A stretch of DNA of 64,000 nt from the NCBI GenBank assembly GCA_973895155.1, contig OZ316897.1:14383375-14447374 (forward strand), written 5' to 3'. Made by a program: the position numbers and the translations under genes. Source of the DNA: Marsupella aquatica (Eukaryota > Plantae > Marchantiophyta). Shown here in pieces: positions 37,113-51,069 of the stretch. The notes beneath the pieces are model-generated. The model was not told the DNA's origin. It made no database searches and was given only the letters and a program-made list of their open reading frames with translations. Position 1 is the stretch's first letter. Each line of letters opens with the position of its first letter.

Positions 37113-38450
37113 CTAATTTTTGGTAACATCATTGAGACCAGATTTGGCTTTGCCGGATGCTTCATCGACACCAGACTTGGCTTTGCCGGATGCCTCATCA
37201 AGTTTGGATGAAGCCTTGCCGGATGCATTATCAAATTTAGACTGAGCATCATCGGTAGCTCTCCCTGTTTCCTTCTTCAGGTCTTTTCCTGCTTGTTCAG
37301 CCTTCCCGACAGTCTTGTCCTGACATTCAAGGGGAGGATAGATACGTCAGTGTAATGAAAAAAGACCCCGCACTTTTCTTACTATCCTACAACGAATAGT
37401 TGACGTTCGACTGTAGACACTGTAAAATTTCAATCATGCTATAATACCTTTGCGTCCTCGGCTTTCGCCCCCAGGTCCTTGGAGGACTTCTCGGCTTCAG
37501 ATCCGAACTCCTTTGCTTTGCCCTCGGCTTCAGAACCAAACTCCTTTGCCTTCCCCTCCACTTGCTTTGAGGATTTCTCGGCTTCAGATCCAAGTTCACC
37601 TGCTTTCTCCTTCGCTGAGCCTGCAGCACCCTTCACCTTCTCTTTCGCGTCGCCTGCAACGTCGCTAACCTTCTCTTTCGTGCTTTCTGCAGAGCCTGTA
37701 ACGAAGTCCTTCGCTTTCGAGGCACCACTCTTCACATTTTCCGCTGCGTCACCAACAGCGCCCTTTACTGAGTCGACAACACCACCCTGCGCACCCAAAA
37801 ATAATCGAGTCCGTCAAATATTGCAATACATGCCAGTGTGAATAGAGAACAGAGCAAAGAACAGACAGAACACGTTACACAAAATAATCGAGTCCGTCAA
37901 ATACTATAATACATGCCACTCCAGTGTGGATAGAGAAAACAGAGGAAAGAACAGACATGACACGTTCCACAATATCGAGTCCGTCAAATACTGCAATACA
38001 TGCCAGTGTCGATAGAGAACAGAGGAAAGTACAGACAGGACCAATTCGCTCTGAAGATCCAAATAAATGGGGAATGGCAGTAACACATTATTCGATCCTC
38101 GGATGCATGGCACGTTAAGAACATCTAAGTCCACGTATCGGACAAGACTTGCATGCTGAAGCAGTTCAGTCCAAGAACATTTCTGCCCATATATACCGCC
38201 GCAGACTTTACAACAATGTAAACACAATGCAAGATATAGTTACACTTACTTCGTCAGCAGCCCGAACTACGAACGGGCTCCTTCGAGAGCGAGGGGCAGC
38301 TGCAACCATCCTCAACTTCATGTCACCGACGTGGGTCAAGGCTCCCACTCTCACGGACATGGAGCCCGACACAGCGGGCTTGCATGCGGACACATTGCTG
38401 AGACCTCTCACGGAGGTCACTGAAGTCGATACCACAGTCGTCGACGCCAT
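37113..38450 (-). CDS. Plastid-targeted group-3 (LEA_4-like) late embryogenesis abundant protein, ~248 aa; exons 38450-38250, 37786-37448, 37319-37113
   Basis: Exon 1 is a Ser/Thr/Arg-rich transit peptide ending RRSPFVVRAADE. Exons 2-3 are A/K/E/D/G/S-rich 11-mer repeats (KAKEFGSEAEG, DEASGKAKSGV). Both introns are phase-0 GT-AG; stop TAG at 37113. Confidence 0.88.
37797..38040. repeat. Three ~85-90-bp tandem repeats in LEA intron 1
   Basis: ATCGAGTCCGTCAAATA.T..AATACATGCCA...ATAGAGAA..CAGAG.AAAG.ACAGACA at ~37797, 37881 and 37971. Confidence 0.88.
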
Positions 38451-38642
38451 TATGCTGATGATCAAGGTATTTCACAAAGAAATTGACAAATTTCTCACAA
38501 GAGTGAACGACTGAACTGCTGCAAGTTGTTGGATAAGGAGAGCTGGGTTGTGGGAGGATTTGTAGATCACAGAAGAATGATCGAGAACAATTTGAGCAGT
38601 GATGGAGGGAGAAGTGTACTTCGATCGAGGCGATACGAAGTG

Positions 38643-38926
38643 TTTAAATGTCGATGCGGATTGGGCAGCGGCACACGTGTTCGATAGTCGCTCGCGGCAA
38701 ACCGACGGTGTCATCCATGCAGAAATATTGGGCGCTTATAACTTCGGGATGCACCTTCGCGAGCGGAAGGACGCGTGTCCATTAGGCAAGTGATCGGAGA
38801 CGCGTGGACCTATGAGTAGGGGCCAAGTGAGGGCACCTCCAGGGGTCGGCTCGATACGCCTATCAGCTTCTGCCACGACGGCAGAGCCTGTTTCATTTCG
38901 TTTGATTTGCGTCCATGTCCACGTCA
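38643..38926 (-). promoter_or_regulatory. LEA promoter with ABRE/G-box and coupling-element-3-like motifs
   Basis: TTTAAA TATA-like (38643), CACGTG (38674), ACGCGTGTC (38771), ACGCGTGG (38800) and CCACGTCA (38919), within ~480 bp upstream of the ATG. Confidence 0.65.
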
Positions 38927-40899
38927 CTTCCAGCCGTTTGAAAGGTGTACCAACGTAATCGGTAGGGTTTGGTGAGAATGAGAGCCACAGGTTTGGGAAG
39001 CATGCTATAAGTTTTTAGGTTTTCATTAATTCGCCAGTGAGACCTCTTGCATGTAGCATGCACTCTTAGTTTGGGGTTTTGAATTGAATGTCTCGCTCAT
39101 GCAGTAGGTGCTCATTTTTGGGCAGTAAGTCTAATGAGTGCAATCATGCATGAGTCTAATAGGCACTGAATTTCGTGACAGAAGCCACCTGGTAGCCAAT
39201 CTTCACTGAAAGGCAAACTTTAAGGCGTGAAATTTTTCCTGCCCCACTTCTGTGAAACATGAATAAAATAGGGTATCTCAAGTCTCTCCTTTCTGCCTTC
39301 TGTTGGGGTCAGGGACAAATTCCTGAAAAAAGTGGTGGACACTAAAATGGGTGTTTTGATAGATGACCAAAACTGGTAATTTTGGGAGTCATTTTTTTCC
39401 TCAAACTTCAAGGTTTTGAGACACCCTAATAAAGTTGATTCAGTTCACCTTGGTCTTCTAGTGCCTGGCCCAGTGGCACGTAGTAGCATCATAGATTGTT
39501 GTGGAACATCCCTCCAGACTTATCTCCTAGGAGTTTTGGGAGAATTGACTGTCACAAAACTGAGGGCCTACAACATCTAAGGCAGCTGCATTTAAGGTTC
39601 CCCAGCCTTTGTTTATATTTTCCGTACGTTAAATCAACAGCGCATTAAGGCTCCCAAGTCTTTGGAGGCCATTACATTGCCCGGTCCCCATTGTCCGGTG
39701 CTTGCTCTGGCCTCATCAACTTTGGTTTGTGTTTTGACACCCTTCACTTTTTGCCACCTTAAGTTTGCTAACTTAGTGTATCCAAGTGTTTGGTTTGACA
39801 GCAACCATGACTCTGTCGGAAACAATTGTCTAGCACATTAAGCGGATCCAAGTGTTTGACAGAGAAACAACCACCCTAGGCACGTCTAGGAGGGCATTGA
39901 GGGGTACATGTTAGGACTTGGATGGCATTGTCAGGGGCTTCCAGAAGGCTGGAGAGACTCAATGCGATGTTGATTTAACAGGCTATCTCCATATATAGCT
40001 AGCAGAACCCTAAAATTCTGTCTAATAGACTTTGTGACTTGGTGGGAGACTGACTAATGAAACGTCTGACTTCAATCTAACTTGGTGGACAAAGATTTGA
40101 CAGGTAATGTGTTTGGTCTCTGAGTGATGGTTGGCTTTTGTTCCGTTTTGCTTGTGACTGGCCTTATTCCCAGTTTTATTTGTTGTGCTTTTCACATAAG
40201 TAAAGTTCTCCTTTCAAGAAAAAATAAATTGACAGGGTGTCGGGATAGACTCAGAAATTCTGGATACTAGACACAAACTGAAAATTGAGTTATACTTGCA
40301 GAACAATATTTACAGCTCTTTCAGAGTAATTTGTTTTCCCTTGTAGTGTTCAACTATGATTTGAGTGTGTCCATCCAAATCCCAAGACCCAACCTTTGAG
40401 TCCATGATTGGAAGTTTTCCAGAAAAGAAAAACAGCCAGGAAATGGTAGAAAGTGCAGAATAAATCATGGGCATGCAGGGTTGCAGGGTATAATTTCCTG
40501 AGAGCAGTTAGCGTGACAGGGTTTACACCCCAGTATAACTTTGCCCTCAGTTTTTTCCCTGGCTAGAAAGTTCCATCTTAGTCTCATAATTAACCCTTGA
40601 GCTAGGTTAGCTAGCCAGGGGGTGCTCAATGTTTCTTAACTTCCAAGCTTGGTAAGAGACCTTCATCCAAGTCTCATGACTCCCAAACTTTGCTAGCAAG
40701 GGGTTCATGGCTGAAACTAACAAAGATATAAAAACAAAGGTTGGGTAGCTCGTAAGATGTCAAAGAGAGGCAAACATCTCAAGACAAGGCAAAGATGTCA
40801 AGGAGACAAATATATATAATTGAAGTGAGGCAAAGATGTTGAGAGGAGACAGGGAAATGCAAATGAGGTGCGCAAGAAAGCTACTGAGCCATGTTATGC

Positions 40900-43800
40900 A
40901 AATGAGTTGTTGTTGCCATTTTGTCATCATGGTCATGCAATCGTTGTGGCCAAAGGCATGAGATTGTTGTGGCCATGTGGTCCTTAGGGCCATGGTGTCA
41001 AGTTGAGGCAAAGACATGCAAGTGAGACAAGCTAGGAAGATGATGAGGTATCTTATGTGTCATTGCAGCCATGTTGTCATTGCAACCATGATGTTAATAC
41101 AACCATGGGGTCAATGCAGGGGTGTTGCACAATTGTTGTTACAATTAGTTAATAAATCTGATTTGAACTTACTGGTTTTCCCCTCTCCCTTTAGTTAGTT
41201 CCCTTTCTTGTTGCACCAAAATGTTGAGGTGAGGAAATTAAAGCTAAAATTGCAAATAATGAAGACATTGTTATTGTTCTGATTTGGTCATTTGTGCAAT
41301 CATGTTTGTGGGTGCAAAATAAGTGGTTGTTGTTACAAAAATGTGATCATTTTGGTCAGTGTTCTTATGAAAATGTTATTGTTGGAAAGGGCAAACAAGG
41401 AGTGGGGAGCCAACACAACGGCCATCACTTTGCACAGTCTAAGCACGACCTCGTGACAGGAGGGAGTATATATTTTGTTTCTATTTTTTCTCTTTTGCTG
41501 TAATTTTGAATTTTGAAAATGAAATTAATGATTCGTTCAAATTGTCCTTTTTTTCAAAATTTCAAAATTTCAAATTTAAATCGTTCACTTTTTAATGAAT
41601 TTTTCATCTGGGGCAGGTGCTGGCAAATTCAGGGCAGCTCAGGCAGTCTCGGGCAGACAATTTAGATAAAAGGGGTTTATCGTGGATCTGATGTGAAACA
41701 ATAATTTTTTGATGGAAGGCCAGGATTGGCTCACGCTTATTCTTCCTTTTGTAAATGGACGATGTATGGACAGTTTAGTATCATAGAGTTTGACTGTTGT
41801 CGAACCTCTTCTTTGCAATCAATCTGTAATTCGGCCTGTGTTTGTTTTGGGCTTTGTTTGGATTGCATGGCATAGCTCCTTCGCCTCACTGTGCAACAAG
41901 CCCGGCAAGGATTATAACTATCTGGCATTTATTCGTTGATGGAGCAGTTTGCAAAGCTGGGCCACTTCGTTCCGTTTTGTTGCATACCTTCTTCCGTATG
42001 TCGCAGGGGATTGCCCCTGCGCTACTGTGGTACCATCCTTCAGTCTTCAACTTTGGAGCTCACCTGTGTTTTGAAGTTCCCACGTTCTGCTGCAGTTCTC
42101 GATCTGAGAGAAAATTCGTCCAATTAATTTGCTGGATCCTTCACTCTTTGTTGCTAAAATTCCCTGAAATGTGACTAAGTAGATGTGTTATCCAGAAGCA
42201 CACTGCTATCATAGATGGGATCACCTGTTCACATTTTCTTACCGTTGGTGAGGGAACGTAGCTGCCACCCTGCTTGGAACCTGGGAGCCACTCCCTGGAT
42301 GCCCCCTCCGATCGAAATCAATGCTGTCAGATCTTCAGCTTCTACTGCTGGGTTTATCTTCAATCCTCGTTTTTTTGACTGGAGAAGTAAGGCCTTCTTG
42401 AATTTTTTTGGATCTTTCGTGTGTATGAGGTGTTTTTGAGGTATAATCTCCACACATTTCTCCCATAATGAAGGCTGATTGGTAGATATTCTTTCTGGGA
42501 GAAAATTAGTATTGCATCTTTCCCTGTTCTACAAAGGGGTCTTTCACCGATCAATTCTCATCCTTTTTTGGCTGGAAGATGTAGATCATCACACACCTCG
42601 CTTCACTTGTGCTAGAATTAACCAAGTCTTGGTTTAAATGAATATTCGTAGGTCTATGCTTGGTTTTTGGTAGGGTACAAGCTTGAATCGACAATGCTGT
42701 GATTGCAAGTCAGCCTAAAAACCATCAAATGTCAGTGACTCAAGCCTGCAGCATTTCACAAACTGCTTGGCAACAATCACGGATTTGGACGGATTTGGCC
42801 GGGTTTGGCAGTAACCATGAAGTTGGCATTGGCAACAACCACTTCGATCAGACGGATATAGCTAAAATTAAGTAGCCACATAAATTCATCCGTATTATAG
42901 CCCAACATAAAATTCAAAACGTCTGCTGCAAGCCATGTTAGAATATGGTAACCTTGACCTAGATAATGCTGTCACACTACGTCTCAACCTTCGTTAAAAA
43001 GAGCCGCAAACCTCAGTTTGAAAACTAAAAAGATGGGCAGTAAATGCTAGAAACAAACTCACTGTGGGAAATTGAATTGAGCACTGGATATGCAAGAGAT
43101 GGTTCCAGAATCCAGCTAACGATCATTAGTACCCCCAGGAAGTGATTCAAACCAACCCAATTTGTAACTGGCGCAAGCCGTGAAGTATCCACCAATTCCC
43201 CTTGCGAGAAATCATTGCATTCTGAGAATCCAACCGACGTCCTCTGAAAAATACGTTCGAAGCCAAATTTGGAGCTTCCTTCACAGATACACAAATGTTC
43301 TCCTACTTATAAAGAGCATTCATGTGTTAGTTTCTTGACATCTTCACCAGCCATTATCTTTCTAAATTTCGAAGACAGTTTTCTGTCCAACAACTTTCTG
43401 CAAAGGCCGACCTCACCTCAGGCTAGTCCTGCGTCCACCCACATAACCAGAGTCCGAATTAAACCAAATGGACACGACTAGCTAGTGGAAGATATTCACA
43501 GATTCCAGCATATAGCTCCCCAAAAGCCTTCATCAGGTCTCTCTCTGAGTCGTTACTGCAACCAGTCTAGCTTAGTACCTCGAGAGTATCCTCTCCATCA
43601 TCACTTTCTTTCTCATCAACTTGTCTATACTTAGAGGTGAGGCAACTTGGGTTTGGTAATAGCCATAGCTCCAAGTTAGAAGAGCAATATAGAAATCCAA
43701 TTTCTTCTCGCTCTGCCTTTTCCTTCATTACCAATTTTTTCCCCTTCATAATACTGGCTTGCTCGGTCAACAAAACAAAACAAAACAAAACAAATTTGAG

Positions 43801-46800
43801 CTACGAGTCAACTACATAAAATACCTTCTATTTCTTACATGGCCAGTGTGCATAAGAGATGCAAAATTAGATGATTCCCAGAAAAATCTACACAGTCACG
43901 AGAAACCTTCGACGACTATCGACACGTCTTCATGCTGCAAAGAAGTCCAAAATCTCCGTCCAGTTACTGCAAAAAGGCTGAACAAGCCAATTCCACTGAT
44001 TTTCAGGGCTCCACGTCTGAGTTCTGCTTTAGTATTCAACTATCTATATTAAGAACGTCCATCAAAGTTTGCATCAGCCCGTAAAAGTAATCAAAGAAAT
44101 ATCAGGTCCTGTCAATATTTTGGCTTCAAATCCGGCGAGCTGCTATTCTTCCCAGTCCTCATCGTCATCGCGATCCTGCACAATTTCAGTCAACATCACT
44201 CTTAGGTTCACAGGTAGAATTATGGGAAAGGGTCGGAGAAATGAAGAAACTTCAGCAGCTCGTCAAAACTCATTTATCCTTTCGAAATGTATCGATTTAC
44301 TCCGACTCAACTTTGCTCAGGAAATTGGTGATGTCCAGCATTATATATGGGGTCTCAAACTTGCCATACCCAGCGGTTTAATTAGAGAAACAGAAAGAAT
44401 TCGCCGACGAGTGCAGGGGAAACGCAAATGTATACCTTCTCGAGAACTAGCCAAATAAAGTGAATCCAACCGAAAATCAGGCACAAGCTAACTCTCAAGT
44501 TCCACCAACGGTGACGGTACACACCACATTCGAAGTGTCAAATCATCAAATGCCCCGCGGTTTTGAAGAAACAGATGGATTCGCCGCTGATGAATCAAAA
44601 TAAAAATTTCACAGACACCCTTGTCACATGATCACTCTCAGAACCCCACAAACAGTGGCCTCAGAAGGCCAGACGCCTCACCAGCGAAGGAGCATTAACC
44701 TGAAGTCTTCCACATCCGTCACTCACGCAGTCCTGTCGTCGGTGCTAGCCCTTCGTCGTCTAAAGGTACATTCCCATTCATCATTACGTCGATCATCTCA
44801 GCCCTTCCGCCCACTATGATTCATAACTACAGTATGAATCATCATTAGTTGTTGTATGTCGACGTATCGCTTATCCAGTTATCCCTCCAGTAGTCCAGTC
44901 AGCGCAGGAAGAACTGCTGGGGATTTCGTTTGTAAGTTAACGTTGAGCTCAACAGCGCAAATTCATGTCTGCCTGAGCCGAGTCGTGTCCAGAAAGGGCT
45001 GGACGATGTGGGGTGTTTCCTGTTTGATCCGCGCGCTCTCATCTGATTGTCCTGCTGCCCTGTAAAGTATGTAGCTATCCACTCTAGGGTTCTAGAATCG
45101 GTTTGCTTGGATACGAAAGAGCTTGGGATCTTTCTCTTACGACATGGACAGTGAAAGGCAAACGGGTTCCATTCGAGCACGGTTCAAAAGCATATGCACC
45201 TGCCCGCCATAGTCCTCCCTCCCTGCTCCACATGTCTGACTGGTATGGACTCCGATTCAGCGCTTCTCGTCGATTGCCAGGATTGGGCTGTGACGCCTAT
45301 TGTGTTCACTACTGACGCATTCCTCGCCTGATGTTGCCAAAAAGAAAGGGACTGTACAGTGGGTTAGAGATTGAAAGCACGTGCCTTTCGTTTGTATTTT
45401 GTGCAGGAGCCAATGACTGCAATGCAACGGTCCTGGTGATTCCCACAATTTAGGCAGCAACAATTGACAATTCACTTCCAAGATTTTGTCGTTAGAATTC
45501 ATCAAAGCTGTTCATATCAAGTGGTGTGTCTACTTTAGTTCTTCATGATTCTACATGATATTGAGAGGTGACTTGGAGCAGGAAATCTCCCAATCCTGCA
45601 TGGACTTATCCCAATTATGCATCGACTTATCCTACATGGATTGGTGTGGGTCCTCCAATCTATTGAATGGACAGTGTAATTCTAGCCACAGGTTTTTCCC
45701 CTGCTCCCCCCCTCCCCCTTCTCCCCCCCTCCCCTTTATGGCGCTTTTTGCTTTGGGCACAGCCCTCGATGGAAAATGGTTGGGACCCACAAACAAAAAT
45801 GTTTACTCCAAAGTTGACAGTGGAAGTGAAGGCTAGGATGAACACAAAGATTTGACACTCTTAATGGATGGAGGAACTTTAACATGTTGGGATCCTCCTT
45901 AAACCTTGGGGTGACAAGTGTCTGTTTTGGTATATCACTTTGATACTTGACTAATTTTTTATTACAAAATATTTTATTTTCATTTTTATGACATTTGTTT
46001 TTACTTTAGTAAGTACATTTTGGACAAAAAATCTTGACAACAGTCCAATACATCAAACCATCCAAGTTTGTAACATAAACCTGGATTTGTACATGGAAAC
46101 TTCACTGACAATGTATCAATTCATCCTGTCTTTAACTTCTATAAATTGGAGTATAATCTTACTGGATGCATGTATACTACCACTTTTACCCTTTTGAAAA
46201 GTTTTGTAAATATCCCTTAAATATATTTTATTTCACAAACACCTGATTATGTAGTTTGACCGCGAGCTTGAAACCTTACGATGTCATGATATCAAAGTAG
46301 AAGAAGTTATACACACTAACTAAGTATAGTACCCAAGGCAACCCAACTCCTTCACTAAGCTGAAGAAGAAACCTGAGGAATCCATTTAGCAAAGCATTTT
46401 CATATTCCTTACTCAAGGACTCGCTCTCAGTTTCATAATGCTGAATATGATGACTTTTACTGAATATGATGCTTCTTGTAGTTTGTGATTGCAATGAGTT
46501 CAACTCTGGTCTAGTAGGATCATAGTAGTCAGACCTTGCATGACTTGTAGTTTGTTTCTTGACAACAGCATTGGACTCACACACATGCATTTACACTTAT
46601 GTATTCCCAAAATGACATGTAAACAATCATGGATTGACCGCCAATAAACAGTTTCAATGATTGGATTCTTCGGGTATTGGTCTAAGCAGAGGCGTTCAAT
46701 TATCTCATTCAACTGAATTACTGTTACTTTGTGTTTCTTACCATAGTTACCGTGTATCCAACCTCTTACACCTCCATAGGTGATCAAACATAACAAGAAA

Positions 46801-48300
46801 CAATCGTGCCAAAAGGAAGAATTGTCTGCTCCCAAAAAGGAATAAAGGCAACAAATATTTCTGCACGGTTAGATCCAACCATAAACCCTTCCTCCCTCAC
46901 CTACCTGCCCAAGCTCCCACCCACAAAGAAAAATTACAAAACAAAACAAAAACTTACAGAAACTTACTATAGTTACAAATATTAAAACAAATCAATACAA
47001 AATCCTATCTTGCAGCCACACTTGAACTCTGGGGCACTATGGCCACTGTCATTTGTCTTGTGTCCCCTCATCCTCACCCTCCCCAATTAATCCGTGGACC
47101 CCAGGCATGTTATTTTAGAGACAGTTATTTAGAAACTGAAGCCTAGATAGATCTAAAATTCTACAGAAAAAAAATTCAAAAATGGACAAGTCAATGTTTG
47201 ATTGACACTTGAAACATTTGCCAAGCTTACCAAGGCAACCATAATTAACATCAATCGCAAAACCAGTTGTAATATGAACTGCTATCACACTTATTGGAAA
47301 GTTAGAGAACATTGGAAACTTATAATTTTCTCAAAACTCAACTAAATCTATCAATGTTAAGTTCATTAAAAAGCTAAAGAAATTTTACAATTCATAATCT
47401 CCGTATTATTTAATAAAATCTGTCAATTTTAGGTTCATTCTCATGGAAGGGGTCAACATTTAAGGGGTTTTACAACAAAGATTTATATTCACGATTATAA
47501 AATCATGGGTAAATCTATTTTTCAAATTATTTACTCAATTCTTATTGAATGGTGATAGTGTTGAGCTCATTAGGACCGTCTCTTCAAGATCTTTCCAACG
47601 CCATATTATACATGAGTTTTCATTATGATTTGACTCAGTAATGTCAAATAAAAACTGCTGTCGGGAAAATTTCATGCTGTGAATAAAATCAAAATGTAAA
47701 TAAAACCGTTACTACGAGCAGTTTTACCTCAATCTTTTTGTTTTTTGATTTGTATGTCAGTTTTTTTTACATTCTTTTTTAAAGCATGGCGACCCAGTTT
47801 TTACAGCAAAGTTGCCACAAACACAAATGCAGAAGTTAATTCTATCCAAAAACAAGTCTCTTCCTGTTTGCAACGTGCCATGATGATATGGTGGGCTGTG
47901 GAGCCAGGAATTTTGGAAAGGACCCCTAATGGGGGTCCGTAACAAGAACACTTTCACAATAATAACATTGACCAAAGTAATCATGTTTTTGGGATGACCA
48001 CCCAATTAAAAGGTGAGACTTTGCACCCACAAACATGAGTGTATAGAAGACACTGAGAATAACAACATTTTAATTTGCGTGCCACTTACAATGTCCTAAA
48101 AATTTGTGTTTAACTTACAATGAGGTATTGTTGCACCGGCAACAACATACCCTCAATGACCACATGGTCACAACAACAATATAATTCACCAACAATTCTT
48201 TGCCTCACTTTGATAGTTTCATGCAATGCATGGGTATTGTTGAATCAATGGCAACATGACCACAACATAAACATGCCAAAATGACTCCATAGCAGCAATG
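40900..48300. repeat. Diverged long inverted-repeat pair (~40900-41395 versus ~47940-48300)
   Basis: TCATGTTTGTGGGTGCAAA (41300-41318) is the exact reverse complement of 48020-48038, with similarity continuing on both sides. ATTGTTGTGGCCATGTGGTC (~40963) matches the reverse complement of ~48155-48180. Confidence 0.6.
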
Positions 48301-50164
48301 ACAGTTGGATAAGGCAGACAGTATGATCCAAGAGTATCATGACATCATAAAGTTCCAGCATAATTATATTCAAGTGGCAATGTCAACCATTTGTGTTACC
48401 CCAGATTACACTTCTCTTGTCTCAAAGAGTGAGAAAACCCTCAATATTATGTATCTGAGTATTTCCCATGAAGAAAAGCTCTCATAAACACAAAGGTTTG
48501 TTATGGGGAGTTGTATTGCTATGAACTTTCAATCCTACAATTGAACATCACTACATCCTTGAATGATGTCCAACCATGGTAGTACAAAAGAAGAGTAAAC
48601 TATTTTGAATTTTTTCAGAATAATATTATTTGTGTTGAGTTCATCTCAACATTTTTTCAAGCCTTTGAGTTTCTTCATTTCTTGCAACAAGGATCTCCCC
48701 CCCCCCCCCCAAACACACACACACACACCAACCTACCAGAAAATAATAATTCTCACGTGTACGCCAGCTTCAAATTCACTGTAGAGGAAGGGCTTTGCGA
48801 GGTACACAGTTCCAGAAACAGGAGCATTAAAAAAGACAACAACAATAAAAAAAATCATAGCTTTGAAATTGGTGCTTTAGCTGCCTGCGTTGAGTCCTCC
48901 TGTCTTATGGGTTGGATGACGACGAAGCGCATTGTCAGCATTTATGACCGCTGATGTGACACTCTCACACTCGAGAGCCTGTGAAGACAGTCGAGACCTA
49001 CTGCAATACGGAACGTACTGGCTCATCCTCCAAAAAGGGCAACAAGCAAAAGTGCTTGATGACAGCATGGAAATTGGAAAAGCTCAAGGGTAGCGTCCAA
49101 TACTCCAGTCTCTCCCTCCTCATTCTTCGTAGCTGATGAGCCGTATATTCCACTCAACAACACACAGTCAGAGAACGCGAGACTGCGAGAGTGCATCACT
49201 GCATCTTTCTGGTGCCGGCTTTTGCATTGAATAAATCCGTGTCACGTTCCTCAATCCCGTACTACTTTTATTACTGGTGACCATTCCACCATCAATCCAT
49301 CATCGCGTACAACGGACGCACCCGAGCAAGCAAGTAAATAATCATCAAGCCTCGTGAGACGTGAGACGCCAGAAAGATGGTACCGTAAAGACGCATCTAG
49401 AATCTCACTAAGTCGTGAATCATGACCTCGCCGTTTTATTTGGGTGGTGATCGGTGAGGTTGAAGGTTGTCGCTAGAGAGTACGAGCCCGCGAGCGGGTC
49501 CAGTTGTTCGGCTTTCCTGGCGACGACGGTCCTGTAGCTGCTAAAGGAGTGATGTACAGCTTTACGAGCCAACTCACTCCCTAGCTACTACTGCAGGTGG
49601 TACCGTGGAGTCGCGGTGCAGTGCTGATGCAAGTGTACAGGTAAGGTCGCTGGCTTTCCAAAGAAAGTATCGTTGTGCTGGCCCGATGGCGACTGCGGGG
49701 CCGATTCTTCTCGTTCGATCTCCTCTACAGTACGTCTTTTCTGATTCGTTCGGCTTTGATCGCGACCTTGATTGAGCGTCATCCCTGGCTGATCCTACTC
49801 GTGGTTTTTTCCAGCCGGATGGACGGTCGATTGAAGCCATTTGTGAATTCGATTTCAAGGGTAGAGCCCGTGAGAACGTCACTCGGGTTCTGGATCTCTC
49901 TTGTTTATACGCGAATAGTTTCTTATGTCGTGTTACAGTTTTAGCGCTTTGCAAATCGTATCGAAGTTACTTTCAACAGCTACAGGTCACAAATAGTGGA
50001 GGTGGTGCGTTCCGTGACAGAAAACAGATTACAAGGGACGCGACATTGAGCGTGGAATTTGGATGTTAATAGCGACGTTGCAAGATCGCTCTCTTGCCGA
50101 CGATAGAGTGCACATTCGAACAGAGGCCAACAAATTTTGTTTTGCGTTCGAGTCATCTTAATCC

Positions 50165-50386
50165 ATGGAGATGGAGGGCCTCATTCCATATGTATGGAAA
50201 TTGGTGGTGAAGAAATTTCAAACTCGCGATGCCTTTCAACACATTAGTAAGCAAGTTTATCGGCAACAGAAGCAGCCAAGGAAAGCCGCCCCCATGGAAA
50301 TTGTGAAAATGGGGCAGAACCCGAACCCGAACCAGATCTCGAAGTCGAAGTCGAAGTCTTGGAGCTTTAATTCTTGCCTCAAATAA
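50165..50386 (+). CDS. Small uncharacterised plant protein (73 aa) with N-terminal MEGLIP(F/Y)V motif
   Basis: Single-exon ATG ORF MEMEGLIPYVWKLVVKK... The MEGLIPFVYxAI start is one I recognise from a conserved family of short land-plant proteins of unknown function. Confidence 0.6.
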   Translation: MEMEGLIPYVWKLVVKKFQTRDAFQHISKQVYRQQKQPRKAAPMEIVKMGQNPNPNQISKSKSKSWSFNSCLK

Positions 50387-51069
50387 GCCGGGCTCGATGC
50401 AATACGGGGACGAAGTGGCGAAGAAATGGTCTACTTAGTCGAAGTGGATGCGTTCGTAAGGGATGAGGAAGCTTAGAGCATAATCGAGTAGTGAAGGGGC
50501 GGAACTGGATAAACTTGGAATTGTTGCAGTTTTTGGTATGCATCGTCATGCCACAGCACTTTCACTTTCGGAGGACGACCGCCTTAGCAGTCCCTTTGAG
50601 GCCAACACCGGAGTTCTAGAACTTTTGTGAGACAGATCTCTCATCTGCCTGTGGATATTTCTAATTTTCATTAATTTGTGCAGTTTCTTGTAAATATACG
50701 GAGCAGCGTAGCTTTCCACATTTAGGTCTATAACGGAGGTCTTCTTTCTTGTCTATCCCTCGGGCGACATTACGTGTACAGTTCGATAACGTGTTACAAC
50801 AAAATAAAAGCGCCCTTGACTTCCATGGATGTGTTGAAACCGGGCTTGAAGGGCTCCTGAGTATCTGCAGGCGCAGGCATCCCGTGACGGATTCGGAAGG
50901 CCATTGCAAGTCTTAGAATTGTTTTGCCTTTGTCAGTTATTCTAACAGCCGTAATCTGCCGCCCGTGATTCGGAAGTAGTGGATGGAAGTTCTCTGAAGG
51001 AAGTTCTCCACTCTCCCGGGAGAGTCCGAATTTGTAGGTTTATCTGGCATCGATTCCCTAATATCTAAG

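Noticed and set aside
37450-37841. Plus-strand repetitive ORFs (SASDPNSFA...)
   Set aside because: Antisense shadows of the LEA exon.
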